A DNA stretch of 21,784 bases from the IMG/VR virus record IMGVR_UViG_2541047936_000004. One strand, given 5' to 3'. Origin of the DNA: a virus (lineage: Duplodnaviria; Heunggongvirae; Uroviricota; Caudoviricetes). The translations under genes were made by a program, and so were the position numbers. Of this stretch, positions 1 through 10,114 are shown piece after piece; the first letter of the stretch is position 1, and every line of letters begins with the position of its first letter. The notes beneath the pieces were generated by a model, which had not been told where the DNA came from, did no database searches, and saw only the letters and a list, made by a program, of their open reading frames with translations.

Positions 1-405
1 ATGGATCAGGTCGTTGTTTTTCAAAAGATGTTTGAGCAAGTGAGAAAAGAGCAAAACTTCTCCTGGTTTTATTCAGAATTAAAACATCACCGTATTGCAC
101 ATTACATTTATTATCTGGCTACGGATAACATCAGAATTATTACTCACGATGATACGGTTTTGTTATTAAGAGGAACCAGGAACCTGTTAAAAGTTAGTAC
201 GACCAAGAACCCTGCTAAAATAAAAGAGGCCGCATTGCTTCATATTTGCGGAAAATCTACATTTCGGGAATACTGTTCAACACTGGCAGGTGCGGGCGTT
301 TTCCGGTGGGTTACTGATGTTAATCATAACAAACGCAGTTACTACGCCATTGATAATACGCTTTTATATATTGAAGATGTAGAAAATAATAAACCATTAA
401 TCTAG
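1..405 (+). CDS. ycgX: Host-side small protein, 134 aa (YcgX-like, DUF1398-type)
   Basis: Complete 134-aa ORF starting at window base 1. Called from its position next to iraM and icdC, which matches the K-12 order icdC-iraM-ycgX, and from the recalled length; the sequence itself was not recalled. Confidence 0.5.
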   Translation: MDQVVVFQKMFEQVRKEQNFSWFYSELKHHRIAHYIYYLATDNIRIITHDDTVLLLRGTRNLLKVSTTKNPAKIKEAALLHICGKSTFREYCSTLAGAGVFRWVTDVNHNKRSYYAIDNTLLYIEDVENNKPLI

Positions 406-614
406 CTAAAGTTGGATACTTAAGAAATGCTTCATAATTCAGTAAGGCATTAGCATAATGGAAATAAAAGTGCAGAGACTATCTCTATGGATGATTAATA
501 CTGTCTTTTTATTGTCACCCATAAATAATCACCAGACTAATACTATCAACTTGATATTTGAAATGTGATCACTTGACTTTTGATACGTTATTTTATAACG
601 GTTAACATATTTAT

Positions 615-655
615 AAAAACAACGGCCGTGCCACACGTCCGTTTCAATACTTAAC
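615..655. repeat. Degenerate second copy of the icd-terminator hairpin element
   Basis: aaaaacaacggccgtgccacacgtccgtttcaatacttaac matches 1481-1520 (aaaacaacgggcgtgttatacgcccgtttcaatatttaac) at most positions, including the hairpin arms and the tttcaata-ttaac flank; the stem has one mismatch. Confidence 0.45.
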
Positions 656-1010
656 GCACATGTATTTTGGTTTAGTCATCATCCGGTTATATGTATTTTA
701 GCCAGGAACAGGTTAAATCATTCCTATATAACTCAAAAATTGAAACCTTATTCTCATGTCATGCTTATATTCATTATTATCGTTATATAAAAAGGCAACC
801 ATAATGTTTAGCAAATTGGCACAAAGTAGCATAAAGGCTATGTTTTAATTACAGGATGTTCAGTCATTTGAATGTATAACATTATAGCTAAACAAATCTA
901 AAACGAAGTCAATAATTTATTGCTTTCACAAAATCTCATTTTGTTTAACATCCATTGAGATTCCTTGCTTTAAATTTTATTTTATATAAGCCATCATTTT
1001 AATTAATTTA

Positions 1011-1028
1011 TTTTTTTGAGGGGGGGGG
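1011..1028 (+). repeat. Homopolymer tracts: T7 followed by G9, about 80 bp upstream of the iraM start
   Basis: Read directly: tttttttga then nine consecutive G at 1020-1028. Confidence 0.9.
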
Positions 1029-1105
1029 TAATATACTCATATGCAAAATCAAGAAATAAACATCCTAATGAACCATATTAAATACCGTGGGATAAGACAT
1101 AACAA

Positions 1106-1429
1106 ATGAAGTGGATAGTAATTGACACGGTAATTCAACCTACATGTGGTATATCTTTTTCAGCCATATGGGGTAATATGAAAATGATCATCTGGTATCA
1201 ATCTACTATATTTCTCCCTCCTGGCAGTATATTTACACCGGTTAAGTCTGGTATTATCCTTAAGGATAAAGAATATCCTATTACTATTTATCACATCGCA
1301 CCATTCAACAAGGATTTATGGAGTTTACTCAAAAGCAGTCAAGAGTGTCCTCCAGGAGAAAGCAAAATAACAAATAAATGTTTACATAATAGTTGCATTA
1401 TAAAAATATGCCCATATGGGCTCAAGTAA
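1106..1429 (+). CDS. iraM: Anti-adaptor protein IraM (stabilises RpoS by inhibiting RssB)
   Basis: 107-aa ORF whose sequence ([22 protein letters not shown]...) and length match my recollection of K-12 IraM; it sits next to the icdC scar as in K-12. Confidence 0.7.
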   Translation: MKWIVIDTVIQPTCGISFSAIWGNMKMIIWYQSTIFLPPGSIFTPVKSGIILKDKEYPITIYHIAPFNKDLWSLLKSSQECPPGESKITNKCLHNSCIIKICPYGLK

Positions 1430-1485
1430 TGGGCTTCATATAAATATGCTCGATATGCTATTAATAATATCCACATAAATAAAAC

Positions 1486-1508
1486 AACGGGCGTGTTATA
1501 CGCCCGTT
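1486..1508. terminator. Rho-independent terminator between convergent icd 3' end and iraM
   Basis: Perfect 8-bp stem AACGGGCG/CGCCCGTT with a 7-nt loop; T-rich run on the minus strand immediately after the hairpin (plus-strand aaataaaa at 1478-1485), 24 nt downstream of the icd stop. Confidence 0.6.
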
Positions 1509-1531
1509 TCAATATTTAACACATGGAGAGA

Positions 1532-1696
1532 TTACATGTTTTCGATGATCGCTTCACCAAACTCTGAACATTTCAGCAGCTTAGCGCCTTCCATCAGACG
1601 TTCGAAGTCATAAGTTACGGTCTTGGCATTGATTGCGCCTTCCATACCTTTAACAATCAGGTCAGCCGCTTCAGTCCAACCCATATGGCGCAGCAG
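1532..1696 (-). pseudogene. icdC: Displaced 3' end of isocitrate dehydrogenase (icdC-like attachment-site scar), last ~53 codons plus stop
   Basis: Minus-strand translation [53 protein letters not shown] matches the Icd C-terminus as I recall it; the match ends abruptly upstream (HGFYIL does not match Icd), and there is no start codon or 5' part. Confidence 0.85.
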
Positions 1697-2396
1697 TATA
1701 TAAAAACCATGAATTCAAGTCATTGATATTTAACGATAAAAATTATTTTATTGTCTTTTTATTAGCCAAAATAAACTTTATTCAACCGTTTGATTTCATT
1801 GACGTTCGTTTTTATTTTGGGGAAAGGTTTTCTCTACCATTTATATCCAAATTACAAGTCTACATTTTATTAACATCTCAATACATGTGAGGCCTTGCAG
1901 ACCTTTGTGAGACCTTATGTGTCTCTGTTTTGTCCCAACTTATGTTAAGAGGCACATAATTAAAAATAAGATAACGATGCCGCCAAGCAGTGCAAAACCT
2001 TGTTTACTCCACGACTGTCTGCCCCATTATCTGCATACATAATTATCCTCCATAACTGAGATAAATGTCGGTTATGAGCGAACAACAGACGTTTAGTTTA
2101 TGATGGCTGTGTCTATACATTAAACATAACATCCATTACCGGCACCGCTTATTAATTGCTATCTGATATTGTCACTAAAAAAATAGGCATTCCCCGATAT
2201 AATAATCACAAAGAAGCTTTTGGTGCTGGCAATCGGTATACCTCATAGTGGACTGCGACTTTCCGGGCACGACAAGGATATATCAATGTATGAGCAGGAA
2301 AATTAGACCGTGGTGCGTCATATGATGACTAAGCACGGATAACAGCTACTTAATTGAAACTATTGATTATATTACAGCCAGTGCCTTATAGGATGG

Positions 2397-3518
2397 TTAG
2401 TCATCAACCGCGACTCCTGCACAATCATGGGCTATTGCCAGCAATTGTTTTTTAATTGCTTTAGCATCTACCGTCATATCTACTGTAGCAAAATGGATCT
2501 TATGTCCCTGAGTGACAACATACTCATTAAGCATATAGCCAACAGCTGGATGAAGTAGAAGACCAGCGGCATTGAGCGAAAGCGGATCCGTCTTGTTCTC
2601 CTGTGTTCTAAGGTAGGTATATAGCTGATAAATATAGCCATTACGTAGTGATTGCTCCCGATGCCAACCCTTTGTCAGAATCGAATTAAATTTGGTATCG
2701 ATAATAATACGCCGCTGGGCAGTCTTGTGTTCCAGAATAATGTCTGACTTCATTGTCGGGAAAATCTCTGCACTACCTGCACTTTGATCGCTCAACGCCC
2801 ATTTCAGCTCTTTCCCTGCAGAGACCTGCCAAGTTGTTTTGGCAAGGTGTACACGATATAAGCCAGCGATACCTTTTTCAAATAGTCTTCTCATCCAGTA
2901 AAGGTTATTTGAGGGCGCAGGTAAAAGATATTGGCCTTGATCTTCGGTCGGCATCAGCAGTTCAAAAGCTAATCGTGCGGCATCGACCATCGGTTTATCT
3001 GCGGCATCATGGCGTCCAAAACGCCACACTGAGGGTAATTCGCGGGGGGCAGGATATCCTCCATTTATCCCCTCACGGCGAAGTGATATTGCCATAAAAT
3101 GGCAATCTGCCGCCAAAGACGGTTTCACTATGATTGAGGCCAGACGTTCTAACGCACAGCGAACATAGCGATTTCGGGGGGTGTTGAGGGTTATGTCTTG
3201 AAAATGGCAGGCAACCTGTCCCCGTTCCAGCAGTTGATGACTGGCAGTATACAGTATGTCAATGCGCCCTCTCACCCGGTTCAGGGCCGCATGACAAGTT
3301 TGGTATCCCATATTTAAATTGCGACGTCGGCGCAGCGTAATCTCATGAAGGAGGATTGTCGCCACCAGGTCGGGGATTTCTGCTGGGTTATCTTCTACTG
3401 CGATCTGATTGCGCCCTAACTGGCGAAACAGATCTGAAGCGTACAGCATCAGCATCCAGATATTTCGCATGGGAATACGTGATGCTGTATGTTGCTCACT
3501 CCCGGTTATTGTCGTCAT
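2397..3518 (-). CDS. mcrC: McrC-family nuclease subunit of a McrBC-type (Type IV) restriction system
   Basis: 373-aa ORF colinear with K-12 McrC: MRNIWMLMLYAS vs VRNIYYMLTYA near the N-terminus, RIIIDTKF vs ILIVDAKYY (PD-D/ExK-type core), YIYQLYTYL vs LYQLMNYL, GLLLHPAV vs GLLIYPHV. Its ATG overlaps the mcrB stop (ATGA). Confidence 0.85.
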   Translation of the reverse strand: MTTITGSEQHTASRIPMRNIWMLMLYASDLFRQLGRNQIAVEDNPAEIPDLVATILLHEITLRRRRNLNMGYQTCHAALNRVRGRIDILYTASHQLLERGQVACHFQDITLNTPRNRYVRCALERLASIIVKPSLAADCHFMAISLRREGINGGYPAPRELPSVWRFGRHDAADKPMVDAARLAFELLMPTEDQGQYLLPAPSNNLYWMRRLFEKGIAGLYRVHLAKTTWQVSAGKELKWALSDQSAGSAEIFPTMKSDIILEHKTAQRRIIIDTKFNSILTKGWHREQSLRNGYIYQLYTYLRTQENKTDPLSLNAAGLLLHPAVGYMLNEYVVTQGHKIHFATVDMTVDAKAIKKQLLAIAHDCAGVAVDD

Positions 3519-5497
3519 TTTGCTAATAACACTTTTCTGGCTTCATCGACTTTATTTGGAGCATCGAACCAATATTCGGCGAGCAAAGGGCAGATCTCTG
3601 TATCAACGACTTGTTCATACCAAGCCTGGGCATCGTTGATTTTTTGGCCGATAGCTGGGGTGACATAGCTGTGACCGATACAAAACTGTGGTCCTAAGGT
3701 AACATCTTTTGCCAGCATATCGTTTAATACCGTCAGTCGAGATTTGATGAATGCTAACATGTCAAAATCAATTGCGTAATTATAATTTACCCAGTTTCTC
3801 CACGCGTCATTAAAAGCTGGCTTTAGATCGATAAACGCGAAACGACGGCGCAGCGCTAGGTCAAGTAGTGCGAGTGAGCGGTCTGCAATATTCATCGTAC
3901 CGATGATATATAGATTCTCAGGAATGTATATTTTTTCATCAGCATTTTTAGGATAGGAAAGAGATAATGCCTCAGTCGGCGTGCGTTTATCTGCTTCCAT
4001 CAACGTGAGTGTTTCACCGAAGATTTGCGCCGGATTGCCACGATTAATCTCTTCAATTATCACCACATATTTCGAGGTAGGATTATTGACTGCAGTTTTG
4101 ATTGCATTTACAAAAGGTCCATCAATTAGCGTCAATTGCCCTTCTTTACCTGGACGCCAGCCTCGAATAAAGTCTTCGTAAGAGAGGTTCGGGTGAAATT
4201 GCACCGCGCTAATACGCTCAGGTGCTTTTTCTCCCATCAAGCAGTACGCCAGACGTCGCGCTAACCAAGTTTTTCCAGTTCCGGGTGGTCCTTGTAATAT
4301 CAGGTTTTTCTTGTCGATCAGGCGCTGAAGTGTGAGTTGGATCTTAGCCTCTTCCAAGAAACAGCCATCCTGCACCAGATGACTGATGTCATAAGGAACG
4401 TGGGTGAGTTTTGGCAACAGCGCACTCTCTTCGACAGTTTCCTCAGTTATCGTCTGGGATTCGTTTTTCTCAAAATTCAGGTATTCATAATTTCCGGACT
4501 CGAGGGACTTTAACTCATCATCATTGCATAGTTTCTGTAGATAAAAGTAGATTGAGCTTGTAACAGTTTTGCTCTCAGGATGCTCTACCTTGAATACGTC
4601 CAAGTAGTTTTCTTCCAACTCCGAAGCAGTGAAATAAGGGCCATTTTTTTTCAGGCATAACGCCTTAATTTTATTCAGTAAAGAGGCTTTCCACGTTCTA
4701 TTTGCCACCTCATCTTTAGACTGGCTAAGATCTGTATTCCACGCTGATAAGGAAAGTTCTGGGAAAGAATGAACCGGATAGTTTGGTTGGGTAAAGACCT
4801 CGTTCAGCGCCCGCATAAGACTCAGGTAACTTTGTCCACTACAGCGACCTTTTGCCCCGTTTTTAATGATCTTAATGTTTAACACTGTCTGAATGTAATA
4901 CTGCGACTGGCTATCTAAAGTGGGGTAGAACCAAGGACGGGTCCAGTACAACCCCATGGTGAGATTCCAACCGACATTCATTACTGTAGAAGCGATGTCA
5001 TATGCGGCAGTGAAGTCTGCAGAGTTAGTATTCTGGTTATCCGCAAAGATCATTGCCTGTGAGAACATTTCCCACAAGCATTCAATGTCATTAGGGTCGC
5101 GTGACTTTTCATAACCAAAGAACCAAGATTTTTGGTTATTCAACAGAGGGATTCCGGCAAAGGAGTCAGGAATCGGTTCGTTCACGCCCAACAAATTCGC
5201 TAGCTTGGCAGCAATAATTTTGCGATTGCTGTCGGTCAAGTTACGATTGAACAAGCCCATAGTAGTAAACGGACAAATGTCTTTTAAGGGAAAGATCTCT
5301 CCCATAATAGATTTGTCCTGCAGATGGGACATTCCTTCCACACCCGAGGCAATTAGATGAATACCTTTGACTAATTCATCTCTACGATTTCGCCAAGTCA
5401 GTAACGCGTTGGCAAAAGCCTCATAAAAACTAGCCCAAGCAAACTTGCCATCATGTTCTGCTGTATCCACGGGAACTCCATTATACTTGTTGAGCAA
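3515..5497 (-). CDS. mcrB: McrB-family GTPase (AAA+) with a long N-terminal region of unknown type
   Basis: 660-aa ORF with a TTG start. Residues ~390-660 align with K-12 McrB: NLILQGPPGTGKTWLARRLAY, VQFHPNLSYEDFIRGWRP, MNIADRSLALLDLALRRRFAFIDL, IGHSY, PLLAEYWFD. The first ~385 residues do not resemble the K-12 McrB N-terminal domain as I recall it. Confidence 0.85.
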   Translation of the reverse strand: MLNKYNGVPVDTAEHDGKFAWASFYEAFANALLTWRNRRDELVKGIHLIASGVEGMSHLQDKSIMGEIFPLKDICPFTTMGLFNRNLTDSNRKIIAAKLANLLGVNEPIPDSFAGIPLLNNQKSWFFGYEKSRDPNDIECLWEMFSQAMIFADNQNTNSADFTAAYDIASTVMNVGWNLTMGLYWTRPWFYPTLDSQSQYYIQTVLNIKIIKNGAKGRCSGQSYLSLMRALNEVFTQPNYPVHSFPELSLSAWNTDLSQSKDEVANRTWKASLLNKIKALCLKKNGPYFTASELEENYLDVFKVEHPESKTVTSSIYFYLQKLCNDDELKSLESGNYEYLNFEKNESQTITEETVEESALLPKLTHVPYDISHLVQDGCFLEEAKIQLTLQRLIDKKNLILQGPPGTGKTWLARRLAYCLMGEKAPERISAVQFHPNLSYEDFIRGWRPGKEGQLTLIDGPFVNAIKTAVNNPTSKYVVIIEEINRGNPAQIFGETLTLMEADKRTPTEALSLSYPKNADEKIYIPENLYIIGTMNIADRSLALLDLALRRRFAFIDLKPAFNDAWRNWVNYNYAIDFDMLAFIKSRLTVLNDMLAKDVTLGPQFCIGHSYVTPAIGQKINDAQAWYEQVVDTEICPLLAEYWFDAPNKVDEARKVLLAK

Positions 5498-5830
5498 TGA
5501 TAATTTATCTGTGTGAGTTTTAACATATTACTATCAGTTATAGAAAAATTTAACTATCCGATACAGAGAGCGGAATGCTGAATTTGACCTGACTTGCTTC
5601 CAACCAATTAAAATCAACTTATTTATCAATTGGTTATTTTGGCACATGGCGGTCATCAAGGCAATATCGCGTTGTCATAAGGTGTCGAGGCTCGGAGGTT
5701 CAAATCCTCTCATACAAAAAATAAATAAAATTAATGACGGTTGGAAATTATTCAATACACTCTCGAAAGTACATCAGCCAACCGCAGCACGTTATTGCAT
5801 ATAACGTTTCTGCGGCATATCACAAAACTA

Positions 5831-6415
5831 TTATTCCATAACAGGGATTGCAGGCCACTCAATATCAGGTGCAGTTGATGTATCAACACGATTCAGCAAC
5901 ACCCGATACTTCTTCCAGGCTTCAAGCAACGAGGTTTCTTCCTCCGTTGCGATTTCCAGATCTGCAGCATCCTGAAGCGGGGCAATATGCTCACTGGCTA
6001 CCTGCATCAGGCTGTTTTTTGTTTCTTCCGCCTCCCGGATCCGGAACAGTTTTTCTGCTTCCGTATCCTTCACCCAGGCTGTGCCGTTCCACTTCTGAAA
6101 CTCCCCTTCCGGGGATAACCAGGTGATATTTTCCGGTAGAGGTCCGAGTTCAGAAATAAATAACGAGTCGCCGGAAGCCACGTCATAGACGGTTTTTCCC
6201 CGATGATCTTCAACGAGATGCCACGATGCCTCATCACTGTTGAAAACAGCCACGAAGCCTACCGGAATATCTGGCGGTGCAATATAGGTACTGTTTGCTG
6301 GCAGACCTGTATGAGGCGGAATATATGCGTCACCTTCACCAATAAATTCATTAGTTCCGGCCAGCAGATTATAAATTTTTATGGTCCGTGGTTGTTCACT
6401 CATTCTGAATGCCAT
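5831..6415 (-). CDS. tfa: Tail fibre assembly protein (lambda Tfa-like)
   Basis: 194-aa ORF nearly identical to my recollection of lambda Tfa ([43 protein letters not shown]...[11 protein letters not shown]); start overlaps the stf stop. Confidence 0.9.
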   Translation of the reverse strand: MAFRMSEQPRTIKIYNLLAGTNEFIGEGDAYIPPHTGLPANSTYIAPPDIPVGFVAVFNSDEASWHLVEDHRGKTVYDVASGDSLFISELGPLPENITWLSPEGEFQKWNGTAWVKDTEAEKLFRIREAEETKNSLMQVASEHIAPLQDAADLEIATEEETSLLEAWKKYRVLLNRVDTSTAPDIEWPAIPVME

Positions 6416-9264
6416 TATGCAAGCCTCACAATGTAGTTAAATGCGATGTTTTTGACGGTGTTTTCCGCGTTACCAGCAGCGTTAACGGTGATGGTGTGTC
6501 CATGTGAGCCAATCGCAACGGAGTGCGTATGAGCACCAATACCGACAGTATGTGCATGTGCGCCTGCGCTTGCAGCAGTGCCGGACAGCGAGTGGGTATG
6601 AGCACCATCTGATGATGTCTTCCCTGCATTACGAGTCTGGCCACTACCGCTTGTTGTGCTCATAATCCCCGCGCTTAGATTTGAAATCGCGGTATAACCA
6701 TTAGGGAAAATGCTCGTGTTCGTGCCACCAAATGCACCGGAACTCTTGTGTTGGTGCGCACCGGCACTATTTGCGGTCCCGCTAATACTATGGGTATGCG
6801 CCCCGGTGTTATTCGTGGATTTGGTTCCGTAATCAAACGACGATGTGGTTTTCGTCCCCAAATCCGTACTGGATGCGCTGGCGCTGTGGGTGTGCGATTT
6901 AATGCCGTCCTGTTCCTGAGACAATACGGCCCGACCACTGGCAGGTTTGCCCTTAATCGTCCAGCCACGCATATCAGGGATCACGCCTGACGGATAAGCG
7001 GCTGCAAGTTTCGGGTAAGCAGATTTGTCAAAAGTCTGCCCCTGCATCAGGGCATAACCAGACGGAACGGTATCTGATGGCCACGGGATTGGTGCGCCGA
7101 CTGGGTAGCTTTCTGGTGGAAGATTTTTCGAGGTATAAACTTCTGCCCAGCCTTCCTCAAAACCATAACCGTCTCTTGAAGAACGGTAGAACAGACCACC
7201 ATTTCTGTAATGCGCCTTCATCTGCAGGGTCCGGCAACTTCCGACTCCGGTATAGAAGTTAACCAGAATATAGCTGTCGCCAGAGCGGGTGACATTGTAA
7301 GCGCCTGATTCGGCATTCCAGGGAACGCCACCATCCGCATCGGCATATGTATCCGTTGCCCTTCTGGCAAAAGCAGCCACATGCGCGGCGGTTAAAGTAA
7401 TATCTTTGGAACCATCAAATGGAACACCGGATATTTTTCTTGCAGTCTGGAGTTTTGTAGCAGTTGCAGCATTACCAGTGGTGTTCTGATTACCCGTAGT
7501 GTTTACACCTGGAAGGTTAATATTTGCAGAACCGTCGAAAACAACTCCACCGATAGATCTTGCCGTCTGCAATTTCGTGGCTGTACTTGCATTACCATTC
7601 AATGAACCAGTTAATCCACCTGTAACAGACAACGGACCTGAAACTGTTCCTCCGGTTGTTGGCAGTGCTCCAATATCTGATGGTGTAGGTTTCTGATGTG
7701 AGCTATACATCGTATAAACAACACCATAGGTAACGCTGGAAGGCTTACTCGCTGAATATGTTGGCGAGGTATAAACAGAAACTGACGCATTTGCAGTACA
7801 ATCCCAATGGATATTTACACTCGTCGCATAATTGCCAATCTCAACGTAAATATCATATGTATCGCCGGATGTGTTGATCCAGGCGAAATTCGTTAATCCG
7901 ACGGCTGTACGCTTCCACAAAGCCCCGGTAATTCCTTTGGGGTTTCCATTGCCTGCTCGTAGAACCAGTTCTGAAATGCCTGCCTGATGTGGGGAACCGA
8001 CGTTGTAACCAGCGCCACCAATCAATGCGATGTAAACGATGGAACTCGCTTGTGGCATGGTAACCGTAGCCAGTTTGAACCACCCAGCCCCGCCAGAGAA
8101 AGACATCGTTACTGAATTTAAAGTACCAATATCTTTCGGCGTTAATGTTATATCCGCAGTCAGTGCTTTTCCGTTAACTTTTCGGTTAGATGGCACCCTG
8201 CTATTCGCATTGTCATTGGCTGCTTTAACTGCTTTTGGCGTTGCGGCCAGCGATTCACTGGTGCTATCAACAGCACTGCTAAGTTTCACAACACCTTTAG
8301 TTGTAAGGCTTGCGTCTTCCATCGCAACTGCACCGGCAATCTCTTCAGCACGATCAGCAGCAGCTTCCGCACGGGTCGCAGCGGATTCAGCAGTAGTTTT
8401 GCTCTGAGATGCCGCCGTCGCACTGCCAGCTGCCTCTGTCGCCTTCGTGGATGCTGTCGTGGCGCTGCCTTTCGCTGCTGATGCCTGTCTGCTCGCCTCA
8501 TCTTTTGAAGCAGACGCAGATGATGCCGATGACGCCGCCGAACTGGCGGACGATGCAGCTGCCATTTTTGAGGATTCTGCACTGGTTTCCGAGGCTTTCG
8601 CGTTCGTTTCGGATGTCTTCGCTGCGGATGCAGACCTCGCTGCTGCGCTGGCCTGTTCAGCGGCTTCGCCAGCCTTCGTTGTGGCTGTTGAAGCAGACGA
8701 TGCGGCGCTTTCTGCCGATTTTCCGGCGGCGGTGGCACTGGCTGAGGCCTGCCCGGCACTTGTTGACGCGGCACTGGCAGACGACGCAGCCGCTGTTTTT
8801 GAGCCTGCCGCAGCCGAGGCGCTCTGTCCCGCTGCCGTTTCAGAAGACCTGGCGTTTGTCTCAGACGTCTTTGCCGCCTTCGCGGAATTGCCTGCCGCCG
8901 TTGCCGAGGAAGCGGCACTACTGGCGCTTGATGATGCGTTCGTTTCTGATGATTTCGCTGCCTCTTTTGAGGCCGCCGCATCCCGGGCTGAGGTGGCTGC
9001 TTCTGACGCCTTCGTGGTCGCGGCGGATGCAGAAGTGGCTGCTGATTGTTGTGACGCTGCCGCATTCGTTTCTGACGTTTTCGCCGCACCGGCACTGGTA
9101 GCTGCCGCGCTTTTTGAGGACTCTGCAGCAGCACTTTTTGCTGCTTCACGGGCCTTTGTCGATGCCGTTCCTGCGCTGGAAGACGCTGACTGAGCCGACG
9201 ACGCGGCCTGTCCGGCTGACGTGCTGGCGGCACGTGCTGAGCCTGCAGCATCGGTTATTACCAC
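6415..9264 (-). CDS. stf: Side tail fibre protein (lambda Stf-like), N-terminally truncated
   Basis: 949-aa ORF. The Ala/Ser-rich periodic region (KTSETNA repeats), the middle [35 protein letters not shown] block and the His-rich C-terminus (GAHTHS...[31 protein letters not shown]) match lambda Stf. Homology begins at the position corresponding to about residue 145 of lambda Stf, and the upstream sequence is J-derived, so the first ATG is internal. Confidence 0.8.
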   Translation of the reverse strand: MVITDAAGSARAASTSAGQAASSAQSASSSAGTASTKAREAAKSAAAESSKSAAATSAGAAKTSETNAAASQQSAATSASAATTKASEAATSARDAAASKEAAKSSETNASSSASSAASSATAAGNSAKAAKTSETNARSSETAAGQSASAAAGSKTAAASSASAASTSAGQASASATAAGKSAESAASSASTATTKAGEAAEQASAAARSASAAKTSETNAKASETSAESSKMAAASSASSAASSASSASASKDEASRQASAAKGSATTASTKATEAAGSATAASQSKTTAESAATRAEAAADRAEEIAGAVAMEDASLTTKGVVKLSSAVDSTSESLAATPKAVKAANDNANSRVPSNRKVNGKALTADITLTPKDIGTLNSVTMSFSGGAGWFKLATVTMPQASSIVYIALIGGAGYNVGSPHQAGISELVLRAGNGNPKGITGALWKRTAVGLTNFAWINTSGDTYDIYVEIGNYATSVNIHWDCTANASVSVYTSPTYSASKPSSVTYGVVYTMYSSHQKPTPSDIGALPTTGGTVSGPLSVTGGLTGSLNGNASTATKLQTARSIGGVVFDGSANINLPGVNTTGNQNTTGNAATATKLQTARKISGVPFDGSKDITLTAAHVAAFARRATDTYADADGGVPWNAESGAYNVTRSGDSYILVNFYTGVGSCRTLQMKAHYRNGGLFYRSSRDGYGFEEGWAEVYTSKNLPPESYPVGAPIPWPSDTVPSGYALMQGQTFDKSAYPKLAAAYPSGVIPDMRGWTIKGKPASGRAVLSQEQDGIKSHTHSASASSTDLGTKTTSSFDYGTKSTNNTGAHTHSISGTANSAGAHQHKSSGAFGGTNTSIFPNGYTAISNLSAGIMSTTSGSGQTRNAGKTSSDGAHTHSLSGTAASAGAHAHTVGIGAHTHSVAIGSHGHTITVNAAGNAENTVKNIAFNYIVRLA

Positions 9265-9282
9265 TTCCCGGATCGCTATACG

Positions 9283-10114
9283 CTATTCCGTTAAAGATAA
9301 TGGGCGGAATAATGATTTGACGGTCAAAGTTATGATCATCGCTGATGGTGACTGTAACCGTCCCGTTTGGTGTTTCCGTATTACCCCACGTACCAGCCTG
9401 TTTCGGGAATGATTTGGATACAGCTTTAACGAAGTCACCTCTGACCTGAGTCGCCTCCAGCATGCCCTTAATCGTACAGTTTTCATTTACCGTGACATTG
9501 TTGAGCGTCCCGGCGTTCGCATTCACACTGCCACTGATATCCGCATTTTTAGCGGTCAGCTTTCCGTCCGGTGTCAGGGAAAATGCCGGTGGATTTCCAC
9601 CGCTGGTAATGGTGGGGGCCGTCAGGCGTTTCAGGAACACGTCGTTCATGAATATCTGATCGCCCTGACCAACAAACATCGGTTTTGTGTTGCCATTCGC
9701 AGGATTAACCATCGCAATCCTGTCCGCCGCCAGCAGCACCTGACTCTGCATGCCGTCAGGGGTGTTCTCAATATCCACGATGGCCTCTTTTTCCGGTACA
9801 TGCTGCACGGCGGTGATGGCATACGTGCCGTCGTCGTTCTCACGGATACTCACGCAGCGGAACAGGCGCTGGCGCAACGTCGGCAGCTTCAGCCCCCATA
9901 CGCTGTATTCAGCAACGCCGTCAGGAACACGGCTCACTTTCACCTTCACGCCGTCGGTGACGGACTGAACCTCCACGCTGACCGGACTCCCCTGCCCGTC
10001 AACCAGGCTTATCAGCGTGGTGCCGGAAGATGGCAGCGTGATTTCACGGTCGAGCGTCAGCGTCCGGGTCTGGCTGTTTACCGCCAGCACGCGCCCGCCG
10101 GTGCGGATACCCAA
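9283..10114 (-). pseudogene. J: Remnant of tail tip/host-specificity protein J (C-terminal portion only)
   Basis: Minus-strand ORF contains lambda J C-terminal blocks ([102 protein letters not shown]). About 850 N-terminal codons are absent; the 3' end runs out of frame into stf. Confidence 0.7.

Noticed and set aside
2753-3097. 114-aa plus-strand ORF antisense to mcrC, and similar short ORFs antisense to mcrB (3409-3639, 3981-4181).
   Set aside because: They lie entirely inside well-supported genes on the opposite strand, with no independent signal.
5498-5830. Sigma-70 promoter for mcrBC (candidate TTAAAT-N17-TAATAT on the minus strand just upstream of the TTG start).
   Set aside because: The match to consensus is weak and the region is AT-rich enough to give such matches by chance; the mcrB start codon is also uncertain (TTG, weak ribosome-binding site).
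8286-9251. Long ORFs in alternative frames across the stf repeat region: a 321-aa Arg/Gln/Pro-rich ORF on the minus strand, and 230-aa and 248-aa ORFs on the plus strand (8409-9101, 8447-9193).
   Set aside because: They are frame artefacts of the GC-rich, periodic Ala/Ser-coding repeats of stf, with extreme low-complexity composition; the Stf frame is the one with homology.
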